From the NCBI GenBank assembly GCA_030390025.1, contig CM059432.1, positions 43,898,001-43,962,000 on the forward strand: DNA of 64,000 nucleotides. Reading direction: 5' to 3'. Origin of the DNA: Squalus acanthias. Lineage: Eukaryota. Made by a program: the position numbers and the translations under genes. This document shows, piece by piece, positions 23,103-36,797 of this stretch (the first letter of the stretch is position 1; each line of letters opens with the position of its first letter). Under the pieces are notes generated by a model. The model saw nothing but the letters and a program-made list of their open reading frames with translations. It was not told the DNA's origin and did no database searches.

Positions 23103-26100
23103 TTTAGCAGTTATCCTGCATAAAATAAGCACTCCGTTAAGAATTTAGATTCAACTGAGCGCACAGAAAGCTTATCGAATTTGAACACGTAACTGCATTG
23201 AGGCTGATCCCTTTGACTGCATCAGTGGGAATCAGTCACGAAAATTGCTCTATTTGCTCAAATTGTATTTGATATATTATGAAATAGGTTGCTCCAGGGG
23301 TTCTTAAAAGATTATTGTTTGTTGATTGTTATTTCTATTATTGGCACTACAATTCTATAAGTAGATGGCATGTGTGGCCCTTACTAAAGGACACAGATAG
23401 CATAATGTTTTTCTTGAAACAGTAGTAGACCACAAAGGCAAATGGCAGGTATGTGGAGGCCAATTTCCTATTCATTCTATTAGTGAAAGTGAATAATGAG
23501 CTGCTCGTTTCCCTCTTAAAATGATTGGGGGTTGAGCATCCATGCATTTAAATTCTACAGTTGAAATGCTTACAAAATTAAACAGATGAAAAATGATAGC
23601 CGCATTTTCCCACATTTTATAGTCGCTCCATACGTACGGTAAACAGAGGCTATTTTATGGAACGTTGGTGGAATGTAATTTTTATTTCTAGGAGTTATGG
23701 TTAATTTCACAAGCAGAAATAAAAATCATACTTCACTTTCCTTCACATTATATCTTTAATACGTGATTTTCAGAGTGAAATGATACTGTTAATGGGGATC
23801 ATCCTTTTTTAAGAGGTAAATTTCAAAAGTTGATTCACAAACGAGCTTCGCTGTGTAGTTTTCGAGCTATGCACTGCTCTGATGAGGAGAAATCCTGCAT
23901 GGAATCCAGTGTATGCTGGGTAAGTCAACAGTGAGGCTATGCTTGTATACGGTCTATAGTTTTACTGTATAACTTTGAGAATTTTCTGTCAGAAAAAAAA
24001 TTAAGAAGAAATAAGCATTATAATACTCACAATTGTCTTCTAAAATACAGATGTAATACATTTTCACAAATTAGCAGAATTTCTTCTTTTGACCCCTCCT
24101 ATTTGTTCCATTCCCTTTTCATCTCTTTTTAATTCCTGGTTTTGGCATGGATCTGTTTTCCATGTTTTTTTCTCTTATGGGCTGGTTCTTTATTTGAGCA
24201 CGAATAAGGAGGGCCCGTAAAAGACTGGTTAATTATGTGGGAGAAAATTTATCTCTGATTATTATACTTACCAATAAAATACTTCCAGATGAGATATTTT
24301 AAATGTAAAAAAAGTATAGTTACAATTTTGCTGAAATGTCCATTAATTATCGTCATTACAATAATTCAGTTTATTTAAAAAATATATATAACTAACTAAT
24401 ATGCCGTGAAAAGTTGTCCAGTAAAATTGCAGGCAACTTACCTTGCAGTCTTCCCAGTACCTCATTACTAGCTGAATCTCTCCATAACGCAGCAGCATAT
24501 GGTTCAGAACAATGAGACTTCACCCAGCTAATAGGGTTAAATTTAATTTTAAGTTTTTTTTTATTCTAATGCATTCTTAATAAGGGTGATTACAAGTGTA
24601 GAGGGCACTTTAATACTCGCCACATATAACACACAAATGTATTCATTTTCTCTTGTAGATAACAAAGACATCCTGTCTCACTGAAAAACCCAGTAATCAC
24701 CACCTCCCTCCTGATTTCAATTCCCACAGTATTCTGTGTAACCACTGAGATTGTTCAAACTCATTTGTGAAACCAACAGGACCATTGTATAATTAAGGCC
24801 CATAAATGGAACATGGACAAGCCTATTAGATTTTTTTTTAAGTGGTCAAAAGGAATACTGGATAGTCAGTTAATGGAGTTAAACAGTGCCATCTTGTGGG
24901 CAAGCTTTCATTTCTCTGACGCTGAAAGATTTTTTTTGATTATGCGATTTTCAAAGTTCTACAATATTTTTATATATAGCTATTTCCTATCAATTTTTAA
25001 AATATCTTTAGTCATGTTATCACATCAGTTTTTCCTTTTTTATTCATTATTCAATTTAGAAAGTGTATTTTTAATTACCTTTTCACAATTTTCTTCTTTT
25101 AGTTATTCTAATATTTTCTAAATGTCTTATTAAATTCTAAATTGAATACATTCAATCTCTTTGTCCATTTTTATTTTATCTTTTTATATTTTGGCATGTT
25201 TCTGTCAGATTCCTGTACCTTTCAGGTCAGCCAAGTCTAATTCAATTCCACAATTCAGGCGCTGCATGAATATTTTGCTATAAAGTTAAACTGGTGCGCG
25301 CCTCTTACTTATAGCCCTTAGCTAAGGATTTTACATTGTGACCATATTCTTCATCATAACAACATAAAATAACACTTGAGACTTTACAAAATCCTTTGAT
25401 CATGAACCTGCACAGTTCTTTATTGTGTGGATAAACTGACTATACCTTTTAAATCAATTTCCCCTGTTGAGCAGCACGAATAAGAACTACTGCTGTACGA
25501 CAATGCTGTAAGTACTATTATATACTGAACACTGGAACTTCAGCAGTGTGTTTAAATCTTGAGGGTGTCCTTTTGACACCACAACTAATTAATGTCTGGA
25601 ATTGCAGAAAATGGAGAAGTTTCCCCACAATATTCAAGCAAAGATCCTCTGTCTGATGGCTCCAGGGGTCATGAATAAAACAAGTTTGGGAAGTCTAAAT
25701 CAAGTTTCAGCTGGATATAAGCCTGCAGTCCAAAATGTATCATAATTTGACTGTCATTAAATAGGCTGTTGCTTTCAGAGGGAATGTTAGGATGGCTCAC
25801 ATGAATGACATGCAGGAAATAATAAAGCAGCCTGGGTTTAGAATCAGAAGCCTAGTGCTTTATGTTTAACATAATGTGCATCAGGAAATAGATCCTTTTA
25901 ATAGCACCTTAACAAGAGGCCCTGCTGTTGAAGCAACACCAGTCCTTGGTAGGCTGAGATGTAGATATTACACTGTGTGGCTATAGAAATGGTTGATTCT
26001 CAAGATAAGAGTTAGATTGAGAGAGATTGAGGGTGAAGAAGTATATGTGGTAGTCAGACACAGCATGATTTGGCACCAATTTTCATTAAATTGGCAATCC

Positions 26101-27163
26101 CATTTCAAAAGTGTGGCAAGGACAGTGGTTGGGAGAACCCTGGTGGAATAAGAGGAACTTCCTTGAGGCTGGGGTTATGATGTGCTGTTGAGCTGAAGCA
26201 GAGGGAACTTCATTGCACTTCTGGCTCATATCCTATTCCTGAGCTAAGAGTACTTCATGCCAATATTATATCGACCAAGTCTCCTGACCTACCCCGGATC
26301 ACCTGAGGTGACTCCCAATGTTGCACCAAACCTTCCAGATGTCCAAACAGAGCAATGGAACAGTGCAGTTGGGAGCTGGGACAGGTGATCCTGGATCCTC
26401 CCAAATAATACAAACCAAATTATATTAATACATTGTTCCTCTGGAACAGTTAGCTTATTTCACCTCAGTTTGTTTTTTTGCATTGTAAGACATAGGAACA
26501 GGAGTAGGTCATTCAGCCCCTCGAACCACTATTCAATTAGATTATGGCTGATCTGTACCTCAACTCCATTTACCCGCCATATCCTTTGATCAATTTGTGC
26601 CAATAAAAATCTGTCGAACTCAGTCTTGCAAATTTCAATTGGCCCAGCATCCACAGCACTTTTGGAGGAAAGAATTCCAGATTTCCACAATCCTTTGTGC
26701 AAAAAATGCATTTTGATTTCACCCCTGAATGGCCTAGCTATAATTCCAAGATTGTGCCCCCTTGTTCTGGATTCCCCCACCAGAAGAAATAGTTTCTCTG
26801 GGCTGGATTTTGCCAGGCCTGACAACCACTTAAGTGCCTCTATAATGCCATTTTGAGAGGCCTTTCTGAGTTTAATACATTTCCCCCGTGCTGTACATCT
26901 TCCCTGGAACACGCCAGTTAATCCTGGTGGGCTCACAAGTGGATGGCTTACTAACAGCTGCAACTCCACCATAAAAAAGGAGTTTTCAACAATGGTCATT
27001 TGCAGGTGGCAGAACTTTCTTTTCTCAGGTCTGGGAGAACTTTTTGCAGCTCTACTCATCTTGGAAGTTTTGAAGCTGAGATCCATCTCCACTGTGATCT
27101 CCTGGGAAACCCCTCTCCCCACCTTGACTGAGCGCTTCCTCAACTGAGGTATATACCAGCAGC

Positions 27164-28403
27164 ATGGGAACCATTTATTTCCTTTCCTCCTGGACGTCAG
27201 ATTCGGACGAAGACCAGCCGTGGCAGCAGCAGAACCCTGAACAACAGCAGCACCAACAGCAGGAGAAACAACAGGAGCGCCAACCTGCTGCTCACCCACC
27301 TGAAGCTGCACAGGCCAGAAGGCGCCAGTGCATGGAAGCACGTCGCCGCAGGAGATACCCCCAAAACAGGGTTTACATAAAGAGGTTGAGCTACCTCAAC
27401 ATAACTGAGCAGCAGTGCCAAAGGAGGCTCAGACTTTCGCGAGAGGTAGTGGGTGACATCTGCGCAATGCTGCAGCAAGATCTGGAGCCCAGAGGAGCGG
27501 GTGGACGGCCCTTACCAGTGGCCGTCAAAGTCACCACCGCACTCAACTTTTTTGCTTCAGGCTCATTCCAGGGATCAACAGCAGACATCAGAGGCATCTC
27601 CCAGGTGGCCGCACACACTTGCATCACGCAGGTAACTGATGCCCTCTTTGCCAATGCGCACAATTACATCAACTTTTCCAAGGAGCAAGCAAGTGTAACC
27701 GCGCATGCGGTTGGATTTGCTAATCTGGCAGGCTTTCCAAGGGTGCAGGGCATCGTTGACTGCACAAATGTGGCCCTTAAGGCACCCCATCACAATCCAG
27801 GTATTTTTGTCAACCGCAAGGGCTTCCACTCCCTCAACGTGCAGCTGGTGTGTAACCACAATAAGGAAATTTTGCATGTTGGCGCCAAGTACCCTGGCAG
27901 TTGCCATGACTCCTTCATCCTGCGGCAGTCTAGTGTGCCTCCGCTCTTCAGTCCGCCAGACCAACTTTGCGGATGGCTACTTGGAGACAAGGGCTATCCC
28001 CTGAAGATGTGGCTAATTGAGTAAGCCATCCAACGAGGCTGAGGAGTGCTACAACTCCAGCCACATTTCCACCAGATCCATAATCGAGCAAACTATCGGC
28101 TTGCTGAAGATGCGATTCAGATGCCTTGATAGAACAGGTGGAGCCCTGCAGTACTCAGCAGCCAGGCTCTCCAGAATTGTCATGGTCTGCTGTGCACTTC
28201 ACAACATGGCACAGCATCGTGGCTTGCAGCTGCCTGAGGTACAAGTGGCTCATCGCATAGCCTCCTCAGATGAGGACGATGAAGAGGAGGAGGAGAGCGA
28301 CAACGAAGAGCTTGCGGAGGCGCATCAACCAGCGGCAGCAGCACGCGAGCACATTGCTGCCCGCGAGGCAAGGGATGCACTCAGCTTGGCCAGATTTGCT
28401 TAG
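27164..28403 (+). pseudogene. Harbinger DDE transposase (DDE_Tnp_4, HARBI1-like), frameshifted at ~28017
   Basis: Motifs [56 protein letters not shown]. Short deletion in the WLMTP motif. Confidence 0.92.
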
Positions 28404-28669
28404 GCTGCCCAATCAAACACATTTGCCTCGCACCTTCTTACCAGAGCTTGGATAATGGCCAAGAACCTGCGGATTCCTATCACTCTGACCACCATACTGA
28501 CAATTCCAATTTGCCCTGAGCCCTCAATGTGGAAGTCCCATTTGCAAAATGACACAGCCCACAACTTCAATTGTTTGCCATCAAGTTGTTTTATCACATA
28601 AATTCACGATGGCATTTCAGAAATAAACACAACAGAACACCCAAGTAACTACCCTTGTGACTACTCGTG

Positions 28670-30607
28670 CTTTATCTTCCTCTTACGCGTGCTTCTACAT
28701 AGTGCTTCCCCTGTGGCTTCAGCAGATGTGGAGGCCCCTTGCTCACTTTCTTGCTGCTCCTGCCTCGACACCTTTGGCGGGCGTCCTCTGGGGTTGTGAG
28801 CCTGTGAGGGCTTGCCAACAGTCTGCTGCTCCTGCGGCTGTGCAGGGGCTGAGACACCGATCTCAGATGGGTGAAGACTCTGGTGGGGCTATGACCGAGG
28901 GCTCTGCAGTGGCATGGTCGTGTGAGCGCTTGGAGAGGAGCCCCCACTTCCTTGTTCTCTGCCACCAACAACCCTCTCATGGGTCAGCCCCACTTCAGAG
29001 CTAGCAAGTGGCTTGACAGCACCTTGCTGCACTTCAGGGTGGGCCATGAGGACCCGTTTCTGCACTGGAAGTCCTACTCCAGAGGACTTCCATGAAGGTC
29101 TGGTTTCTCTGCTCAATAGCTGACCATTGCTCCTCCAGAGATGTCAGACTATTCTGAACAATGACCATGTTTTCAAGACCCTGGCGACTTAGCTCCTCCA
29201 TGGCCATAGCCATCCTCTCCTCTACGGTAGCCAGCCTTACCACAGAGGTTGCCATCCTTTCTGTGGTGATGCGTTCATGCGCCAATGCCTCCACAAAGGC
29301 TCTGCTCATGTTAGCGATGGACTCCTCCATTCGTTCCACACTCACAGCGACCCTGGAGACAAAACCTGTCAAAGACTCCTGCACTTGTTCCTGGAGTTCC
29401 AGCACCGCTCCTCTTCTGGATGGACCCGGAGGCACAGCGCCCACATGCAGCTGAGCCGAGCTGGGAGAGTCCTGCGCCCTCCGACGAGGACTCTCCACTG
29501 CTGTCCCTGTCTCCACCATCTGCTGATGCTCACTTGTGAGCTGTGATACACCAGGTGACAACACTACTCTATGTCCCGAAGGTCCCACCGAAGTGTGAGT
29601 GTCTGCGCTGGTGCTGGGTGCGTTGAATTCTGCTGACGGAGCGCCCTCAGAGGTTGCAGCTTCTTCTGAGGAGTCTGAGGGCTCAGGCTCTTCCTCCTGG
29701 ACAGTGGGGAGGGGGGCTGTCGATGGACCTGTGGAGGAGTAAAGGAAAGAGTTAGGCATGTGAGATAAACGTTGCATGCACATTGAATTGTGCAGATGAT
29801 CATAAGTCAATCTGTTAGAGCATTAGAATCAAGATCTGTCACTCATGCAATGTCAATGAGAGAGATGAAAAGCTATTCTGTCACCAGCTTGCTCTGATGT
29901 GCCCGTCTGTCCATCCCCCACTTGCGCATCCTCCTTGACTCCCATGATCTCCAGGGCCGCCTCCTTTGCACTGGTGAGCTGGGCTATTGAGGGTGGCCCT
30001 TCTCCTGTCCTCGCCCTTTCCCTCTTATTGTGGGCCCTCTTTTCCTACAATGAGGGACACAAGTGGCGTTTGAGTGAGAATGAAGGAGTGAGTGTAGAGA
30101 ATCCATAGCATTGATGCTTAGAAGGACACAAAGATGGAGTGAGGTCCCAAGACCAAGTAAGTTGTTGTCATAGCATCACAGTGATAGGGAGTGTGAGGGC
30201 TGTATAGTCGAATAGTTAAGTGAATGTGAACATACAGAGAGAGGGAATGGTTAAGGGTGCAGGGATGTAAGGGTCAAGTGGAATGTGGAGGAGGAGGTTG
30301 ACAAAGCAGAGTGCTGGTGATGAGAGGCGATGGGGATCCGATTGAGGGTCATGGTGATGTAATACTCACTTTTCCTGTGCGGAGAAGGTCATGAAACCTC
30401 TTTCTGCACTGCAGCCAGGTTCTGCTGCACATTGAGATGGCACTCACCTCCTGTGCCACTTGCAGCCACACAGCTTTGGTCTGTTGGGGAGTTTTTTCCT
30501 CCCAGAAGAAGGAAAAAGCACTTCCTTATTAGCTCTTGCTCCCTCCACCAGAGCTTGGAGGGAGTCTCATCAAAACGGGGTGCACACTTTGGTCTGGAGC
30601 TTGCCAT
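28670..30607 (-). pseudogene. Harbinger Myb/SANT gene, three exons, frameshifted
   Basis: Exons ~30607-30370, 30044-29885 and 29728-~28670 with GT/AG borders. Frameshifts in exons 1 and 3. Confidence 0.88.
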
Positions 30608-32579
30608 GGTTAGAGCCCTAATCCCTCAGAAGTCTAATCAAAAAGTTGTAAGGCTGAAAAAAAACCAAGGCTGCTTGCAGGCCTTAAATGCAGCTGCATA
30701 GATGACGTCATCAGAGGCGAGTTTCAGGACCAAAAGACTCATTGGGCCAGGGGTTCCCACACGCTGGAAATCAAGTGCCCAATTAGGGTAAAATCCCTCA
30801 ATTGTCCCACCTCAATTCGGAGGTGGGGGCGGGACCTGCCAACCACCTGACCTGCCCCCAACCCGCCCCCAATGACAAAATCCAGCCCTCTGTATCTACT
30901 CGAGCAAATTATTTAATCACTTTAAACATCTTTTAATTAATTAGACCCTCAATCTTCTAAACGCAAGGGAATACAAACCAAGTTTATGCAACTTGTCCTC
31001 ATAATTTAGCCCTTTAAGCCCCGGTTTCATTTTGGTAAATTTGCACTGTGCCAACTCCAAGGCCAGTTTATCTCTCCCAAAGTGTAGTGCCAAAAACTGC
31101 GTTACTCCAGCTGGAGTCTGACCAAGGCTTTGTACAACTGAAGCATAACTTCCTCCCCTTTGTATTTCAGACCCCTTGAGATAAAGGCCATCAGTGTTTT
31201 TGATTACTTTTTGTATATGTGTATTAGCTTTTAGTGATTTCTGTACCTGAGCACACAAATTCCTTTGCTCCTCCACAGTTACTAATCCCTCGCCATTAAG
31301 AAAATATTCCAATTTGTCTTTCTTGGATCCAAAGTGGATGACCTCACACTTTCCCACATTGAATTTCATCTGCCATAGTTTTTTCCACTCACTTCGTCTG
31401 TCTATGTCCCTTTGTAACTTCTTGCTCCCATCTACACAATTTAGTGTGCCTTCTAACTTAGTGTCATCTGCAAATGTGGATATATAACTCTCTGTTCCTT
31501 TATCCAAGTCATTGATATATATGGTTAAAAGCTGAGGCCCCAGTACCAATCACTGGAGAGCACAACTTGTCACATCGCGCCAATCAGAGTATATTCCCTT
31601 TATCCCTATTCTCTGTCTCCTACCTCCCATCAATTACTAACCCATGTCACAAGAAACACAATCATACACACCATTGGAATGAATGTAGTTACTGTCAGTC
31701 TTAGAACGTGGTAAGTTAAATCTATAACGTTCTCAAATGAACAGGGCTATCCTGACAAACTGGGTAAGAAAATTCACTGGAATGTCTGAATGGACATTTA
31801 TTGTTGCAGATCGAAGTGGTATGCGATAAGCAACATTCCACAAACTAGTTCATCTGGCTCTAATAAACATCTGCCAACTCTCCTTAAGAGCAAAATTTCA
31901 CAGAAATCATACCAAGATCTTTCCATGGTGAAATAGAAATCACAAAATGTGACATTAATAATAATATTTTTCATCCCAAATTTAATCCTAGTTATAATAC
32001 ATATTTTGTACTAGCATGGTTACATATTCTGCCAAAATACATTACAAAGGCATAAGAATTACCCTAGTATTTTTCCAAATGATAACGGGGGTGAAATTGG
32101 TCTTTGGCGGGAGAACAAAATGGGCGATAATGAATCGGCAGCCCATAGAAGTCAACAGGAAAGAAAATCAGGCAGGATATAAAACGGGCTGCTGCTGCTG
32201 AAGACCACTTGCACCCCCAACAAGTCAGGTTGGTTTCCGGATTTTGCATGTCTAATACGCCACTTAAAATTTCTGTGAAGCTAGTGCAACCACCACATAT
32301 CTTGGAAATCTATTTATGCAGATTCAGAGACAGGGATCAGAAACTGTCCTACACCAGTAAATGTAATCAGGTTCTCATCTATAATATGTGGAGCTACTCA
32401 AGTTGTCCATACACCTGTTATCATCAATGTCAGCAAGAATACAGCACATCCTCTTTGTAGCAAAGTCTGCAATGGCAACAATACTTTATGTCATAAATCA
32501 GTGTAGCAAGTATTTACATGTATAATTGATTTTCTATTCTTTTCATATAAGTATCCTAAGACTATCCTTTGGCGAAGTT

Positions 32580-34070
32580 CATATAGGATTACATAGGATA
32601 TACGGCACAGAAACAGGCCATTCGACCCAACCAGTCCATGCCAGCGTTTATGCTCCACTCGAGCCTCCTCCCATCTTTCCTCATCTAAATCTATCAGCAT
32701 AACCCTCTATTCCCTTTTCCCTCATATGCTTGTCTAGCCTCCCCTTAAATGCATCCATACTATTCGCTTCAACCACTCCCTGTGGTAGTGAGTTCCACAT
32801 TCTCACCACTCTTTGGGTAAAGAAGTTTCTTCTGAATTCCCTATTGGATTTCTTGGTGACTATCTTATATTGATGGCCTCTAGTTATGCTCTTCCCCACA
32901 AGTGGAAAAGACCTCTGTTAGGTCACCTCTCAGCCTTCTTTTTTCAAGAAAAAAAGAGACCCAGCCTGTTCATCCTTTCCTGATATGTATACCCTCGCAT
33001 TTCTGGTATCATCCTTGTAAATCTTCTCTGCACCCTCTCCAGTGCCTCTATATCCTTTTTATAATATGGCGAACAGAACTGCACGCAGTACTCTAAGTGT
33101 GGTCTAACCAAGGTTCGATACAGGTTTAGCATAACTTCCCTACTTTTCAATTCTATCCCTCTAAAAATAAACCCTACTGCTTGGTTTGCTTTTTTTATGC
33201 CCTTGCTAACCTGCATCGCAACCTTTAGTGATTTGTGTATTTGTACTCCTAGATCCCTTTGTTCCTCCACCTCACCTAGACTCGCACCCTCCAAGTGATA
33301 AGTGACCTCCCTATTCTTCCTACCAAAATGTAATACCTCACATTTATCTGTGTTGAACTTCATTTGCCAATTATATGCCCATTCTGCAAGTTTGTTAATG
33401 TCCTCCTGTAATTTGTTACAGTCCTCCTCAGTATTGACTATCCCCCCAATTTGGTGTTATCCACAAATTTAGAAATTGTATTTTTGATTCCTAAGTCTAA
33501 ATCATTAATGTAAATTGTGAACAGCAGTGGTCCCAGCACTGATCCTTGTGGAACACCACTACACACCTTCTGCCACTGTGAATAGCTACCCTTTACGCCT
33601 ACTCTCTGCTTCTGTCCTGAAGCTAGCCAGCAATGCATTCTGCTACTTGTCCCCTGACTCCGCATTCTCTGACCGTGTTCATCAGTCTATTATGGGGTAC
33701 CTTATCGAAGGCCTTTTGAAAATCCAGATAAATTACATCTACTGCATTACCATTGCCTACTCTCCCTGTTACCTCTTCAAAATTTTCAATAAGGTTGGCC
33801 AAGCAAGACTTTCCCTTTTGAAATCCATGTTGACTATTCATTTTATATTTTTGGTTTCTAGATGTTCTTCTATTTTCTCCTTTAGTAGGGATTCCACTAT
33901 TTTTCCTACCACTGATGTTAAGCTGACTGGTCTATAATTCCCTGGACACATTCTATCCCCCTTCTTAAATATCGGTATTACATTAGCTATCCGCCAGTCC
34001 TCTGGCACTATACCTTTTTCTAACGAATTATTAAAAATGCATAGCCATGCCACTGCTATCTCTTCCCTAG
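32580..34070 (-). mobile_element. 5'-truncated CR1 LINE
   Basis: Fragmented RT ORFs 33838-34053, 33623-33841, 33438-33665, 32944-33363 and 32681-32899; tail at ~32580. Confidence 0.93.
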
Positions 34071-34077
34071 AAATAAA

Positions 34078-34711
34078 GGGGTAGAAATCTCAAAACCTGA
34101 CTCAGCACTGCAGAGGCATCACGTGCCCCAACCAAAAGGCTCAAGCTCAGCCCAAAATTGGGCCTCAGACCTCATTTTATGCACAAACTGCCGGTGCTGG
34201 TTGCGTATTCACAGGCAGTTCACACATTTCAAATACTGAATGTTGGGCTGCTTGACCCGCCGGCAGTGGCCCAAAGGTAAGTCCCGGGGGAGAGGTTGGA
34301 GTAGACAACAAGGGACAGCGATCGTGATGACTGAGGAGCAAGGAGTGCAATCATGCTCCTCCAGGCTTTACAGGAAGGGGTTTTTTAAATATATTTCAGT
34401 TTTAAAAATTTCATTGGCACCCGCAGGGAGTGCTGAAGAATTCTAAGCGGAGCAGGACTGGCACCTGCTTCACTCATCATACACTAATTTTACAGAGGGG
34501 TCCTTCAACAGGTGCTTTGGTCCCTAATTAACATATGTAAGAGACCTAACGACTATTTTAGGTGGCCGCCCAAAATGCTTGCAAAGCCGTCTACACCAAT
34601 ATGGTGGCACTTACAACACAGGCTCTGATTGGGCACGAAACATTGTGGCCCAAAATTGGTTTTTCTTGCCCCAATTTTCCGCTTGGAAAACGAGGACCTA
34701 ATTTCCACCCC
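34078..34711. mobile_element. Harbinger-type MITE
   Basis: GGGGTAGAAAT / GGGGTGGAAAT termini; TSD AAA/AAA. Confidence 0.8.
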
Positions 34712-35564
34712 AAAGTGGCTTTTTGTATATTGTAATACAAAAACTAGGGGTTATATTTACAGAAGTATTACAATTTAGTATAATTCAAAGATGTTTACAA
34801 TGGCTAGACTCTATTAGTTCTTGAATAATGAGGTGTTCCACTGACCCATTTAAATGAACAATTAACAGATCAGCGGCATCTGTAAAGGTGACAACTGCAG
34901 TGATTAATCTTCATCTTAAATCAAAAATAAACATTCCCTGGCAAAAAATTTAAACTATTTATCTGTATGTGTATGCATTGGATCTCATATTCACTTACAT
35001 TATTAATTTCCTGGGAGCTAAAACAAAATCTAGTTCCAGGGTATTTTTCAAACATATGATATTATTATCCACAAACAGCTGCAGTGTAATAAACTAGTGG
35101 TACTCCCGTGGTGTTGCTTATGGTAAGTCAGATGAAACTCTGTTTTGTAAGGACAGGAGCGTTACACAAGTTTATTCTGCTGGTAAGGTGAAGCTATGTA
35201 GTGCGGTCAGCTATAAAGAAATGGGTAAAAGGACTGAGTGTCAAGTGGGAGTGGGGAGACTTTTTCCCCCAAACGTAATGAGAGCATGGCAGAGGGATAG
35301 CCAGGATGGGAGTGCAGTTGGGAGCAGAGCTGGGAGGGCGGCAGTCATGCAGGACATAAAGGGAAACTGCAGGTTGTGGGGCCTGGAAAGGGTGCTTGAA
35401 GTTAGGGAGGCAAATGTTATGTGGGATTGGGAAACATTGGCATGGAGCAACATTTAATCTGGGGCTGTAATATTAAAAATATAAGTGGTAGGGAAAGCTA
35501 GGAGTGGAGGTAAGTGGGGAAAGGGGAGGGCTAGAGATTTTTTGGCTGTATTCTTAAAATGGTG

Positions 35565-36575
35565 TTCCATCCCACCATCAAACTCACCATGGACTACTCC
35601 TCAGAATCGGTTTCATTCTTGGACACACGAATCTCCATCAAAGACGGACGCCTCAGCACTTCACTCTACCGCAAGCCCACGGACAACCTCACGATGCTCC
35701 ACTTCTCCAGCTTCCACCCTAACCACGTTAAAGAAGCCATCCCCTATGGACAAGCCCTGCGAATACACAGGATCTGCTCAGACGAGGAGGAACGCGATGG
35801 ACACCTACGGACACTGAAAGACGCCCTCGTAAGAACGGGATATGACGCTCGACTCGTCGATCGACAGTTCCGACGGGCCACAGCGAAAAACCGCATAGAC
35901 CTCCTCAGAAGACGAACACGGGACACAACCAACAGAGTACCCTACGTCGTCCAGTACTTCCCCGGAGCGGAGAAACTACGCCATGTTCTTCGCAGCCTTC
36001 AACATGTCATCGATGACGACGAACACCTTGCTAAGGCCATCCCCACGCCTCCACTACTCGCCTTCAAGCAGCCGCCTAACCTCAAAAGTACCATCGTTCG
36101 CAGCAGATTACCCATCTTTCAGGCGAACAGCAACCAAGACACCACACAACCCTGCCACGGCAACCTCTGCAAGACATGCCAAATCATGGACACAGATACC
36201 ATCATCACACGTGAGGACACTACCCACCAGGTACATGGTACATACTCATGTGACTCGGCCAACGTTGTCTACCTGATACGTTGCAGTAAAGGATGCTCCA
36301 GAGCATGGTACATCGGCGAGACCATGCAGACACTGAGACAACGTATGAACGGACACCGCGCAACAATCGCCAGGCAGGAGGGTTGCCTCCCAGTCGGGGA
36401 ACACTTCAGCAGCCAGGGGCATTCAGCCTCGGATATGCGGGTAAGCGCTCTCCAAGGCGGCCTTCGAAATACACGACAGCGCAAAATCATAGAGCAGAAA
36501 CTGATAGCCAAGTTCCGCACTCATGAGGAGGGCCTCAATCGCGATATCGGGTTCATGTCACGATACAGAACGTGA
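35565..36575 (+). CDS. Penelope RT C-terminus/thumb + Cys linker + GIY-YIG endonuclease (open but 5'-truncated)
   Basis: Motifs SFLD, TSLYRKPTD, SSFHP, PC..CKTC, NVVYLIRCSKGC...YIGET, LRQRMNGHR, VGEHF, EQKLI...GLN. No internal stops. Confidence 0.9.
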   Translation, partial: FHPTIKLTMDYSSESVSFLDTRISIKDGRLSTSLYRKPTDNLTMLHFSSFHPNHVKEAIPYGQALRIHRICSDEEERDGHLRTLKDALVRTGYDARLVDRQFRRATAKNRIDLLRRRTRDTTNRVPYVVQYFPGAEKLRHVLRSLQHVIDDDEHLAKAIPTPPLLAFKQPPNLKSTIVRSRLPIFQANSNQDTTQPCHGNLCKTCQIMDTDTIITREDTTHQVHGTYSCDSANVVYLIRCSKGCSRAWYIGETMQTLRQRMNGHRATIARQEGCLPVGEHFSSQGHSASDMRVSALQGGLRNTRQRKIIEQKLIAKFRTHEEGLNRDIGFMSRYRT

Positions 36576-36797
36576 CTTGACATCATGGCCGGTCTTCCCA
36601 GGTGTTTTTTTTTAAAAAAGGCTAACACAAGAACCTACACAGATTGACAGGATATGCAGCCAGCAGGTGGTTTGACACGTTGGACCCCCTGGGACACATC
36701 TCATTGTCTTGGCTATGCTCTTTGATGTGGGAAAGATTTGAATATATTTTGTCTGTGTTTAAATTGTGAATTCTGGGAGATTCTCTCACTGCTAAAC

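Larger units (their letters stand above)
26800..30888 (+). mobile_element. Full-length PIF/Harbinger copy B (4089 bp)
   Basis: 16-bp TIR GGGCTGGATTTTG(C/T)CA; TSD TCT/TCT; convergent transposase and Myb genes. Confidence 0.95.
26487..31650 (-). mobile_element. 5'-truncated CR1 LINE split by Harbinger B (pieces 26487-26799 and 30889-31650)
   Basis: ORF 30941-31549 (LGPQLLTIYINDL, FADDTK, WQMKFNVGKC). C-terminus (GESRTRGHNL) and tail lie at 26490-26799. Confidence 0.9.

Noticed and set aside
23879..23900. Hammerhead-like CTGATGAGGAGAAATCC
   Set aside because: No GAAA after the putative stem II and no stems I or III.
26529..27341. 270-aa minus-strand ORF
   Set aside because: Chance read-through of antisense Harbinger sequence into the CR1 C-terminus across the insertion junction.
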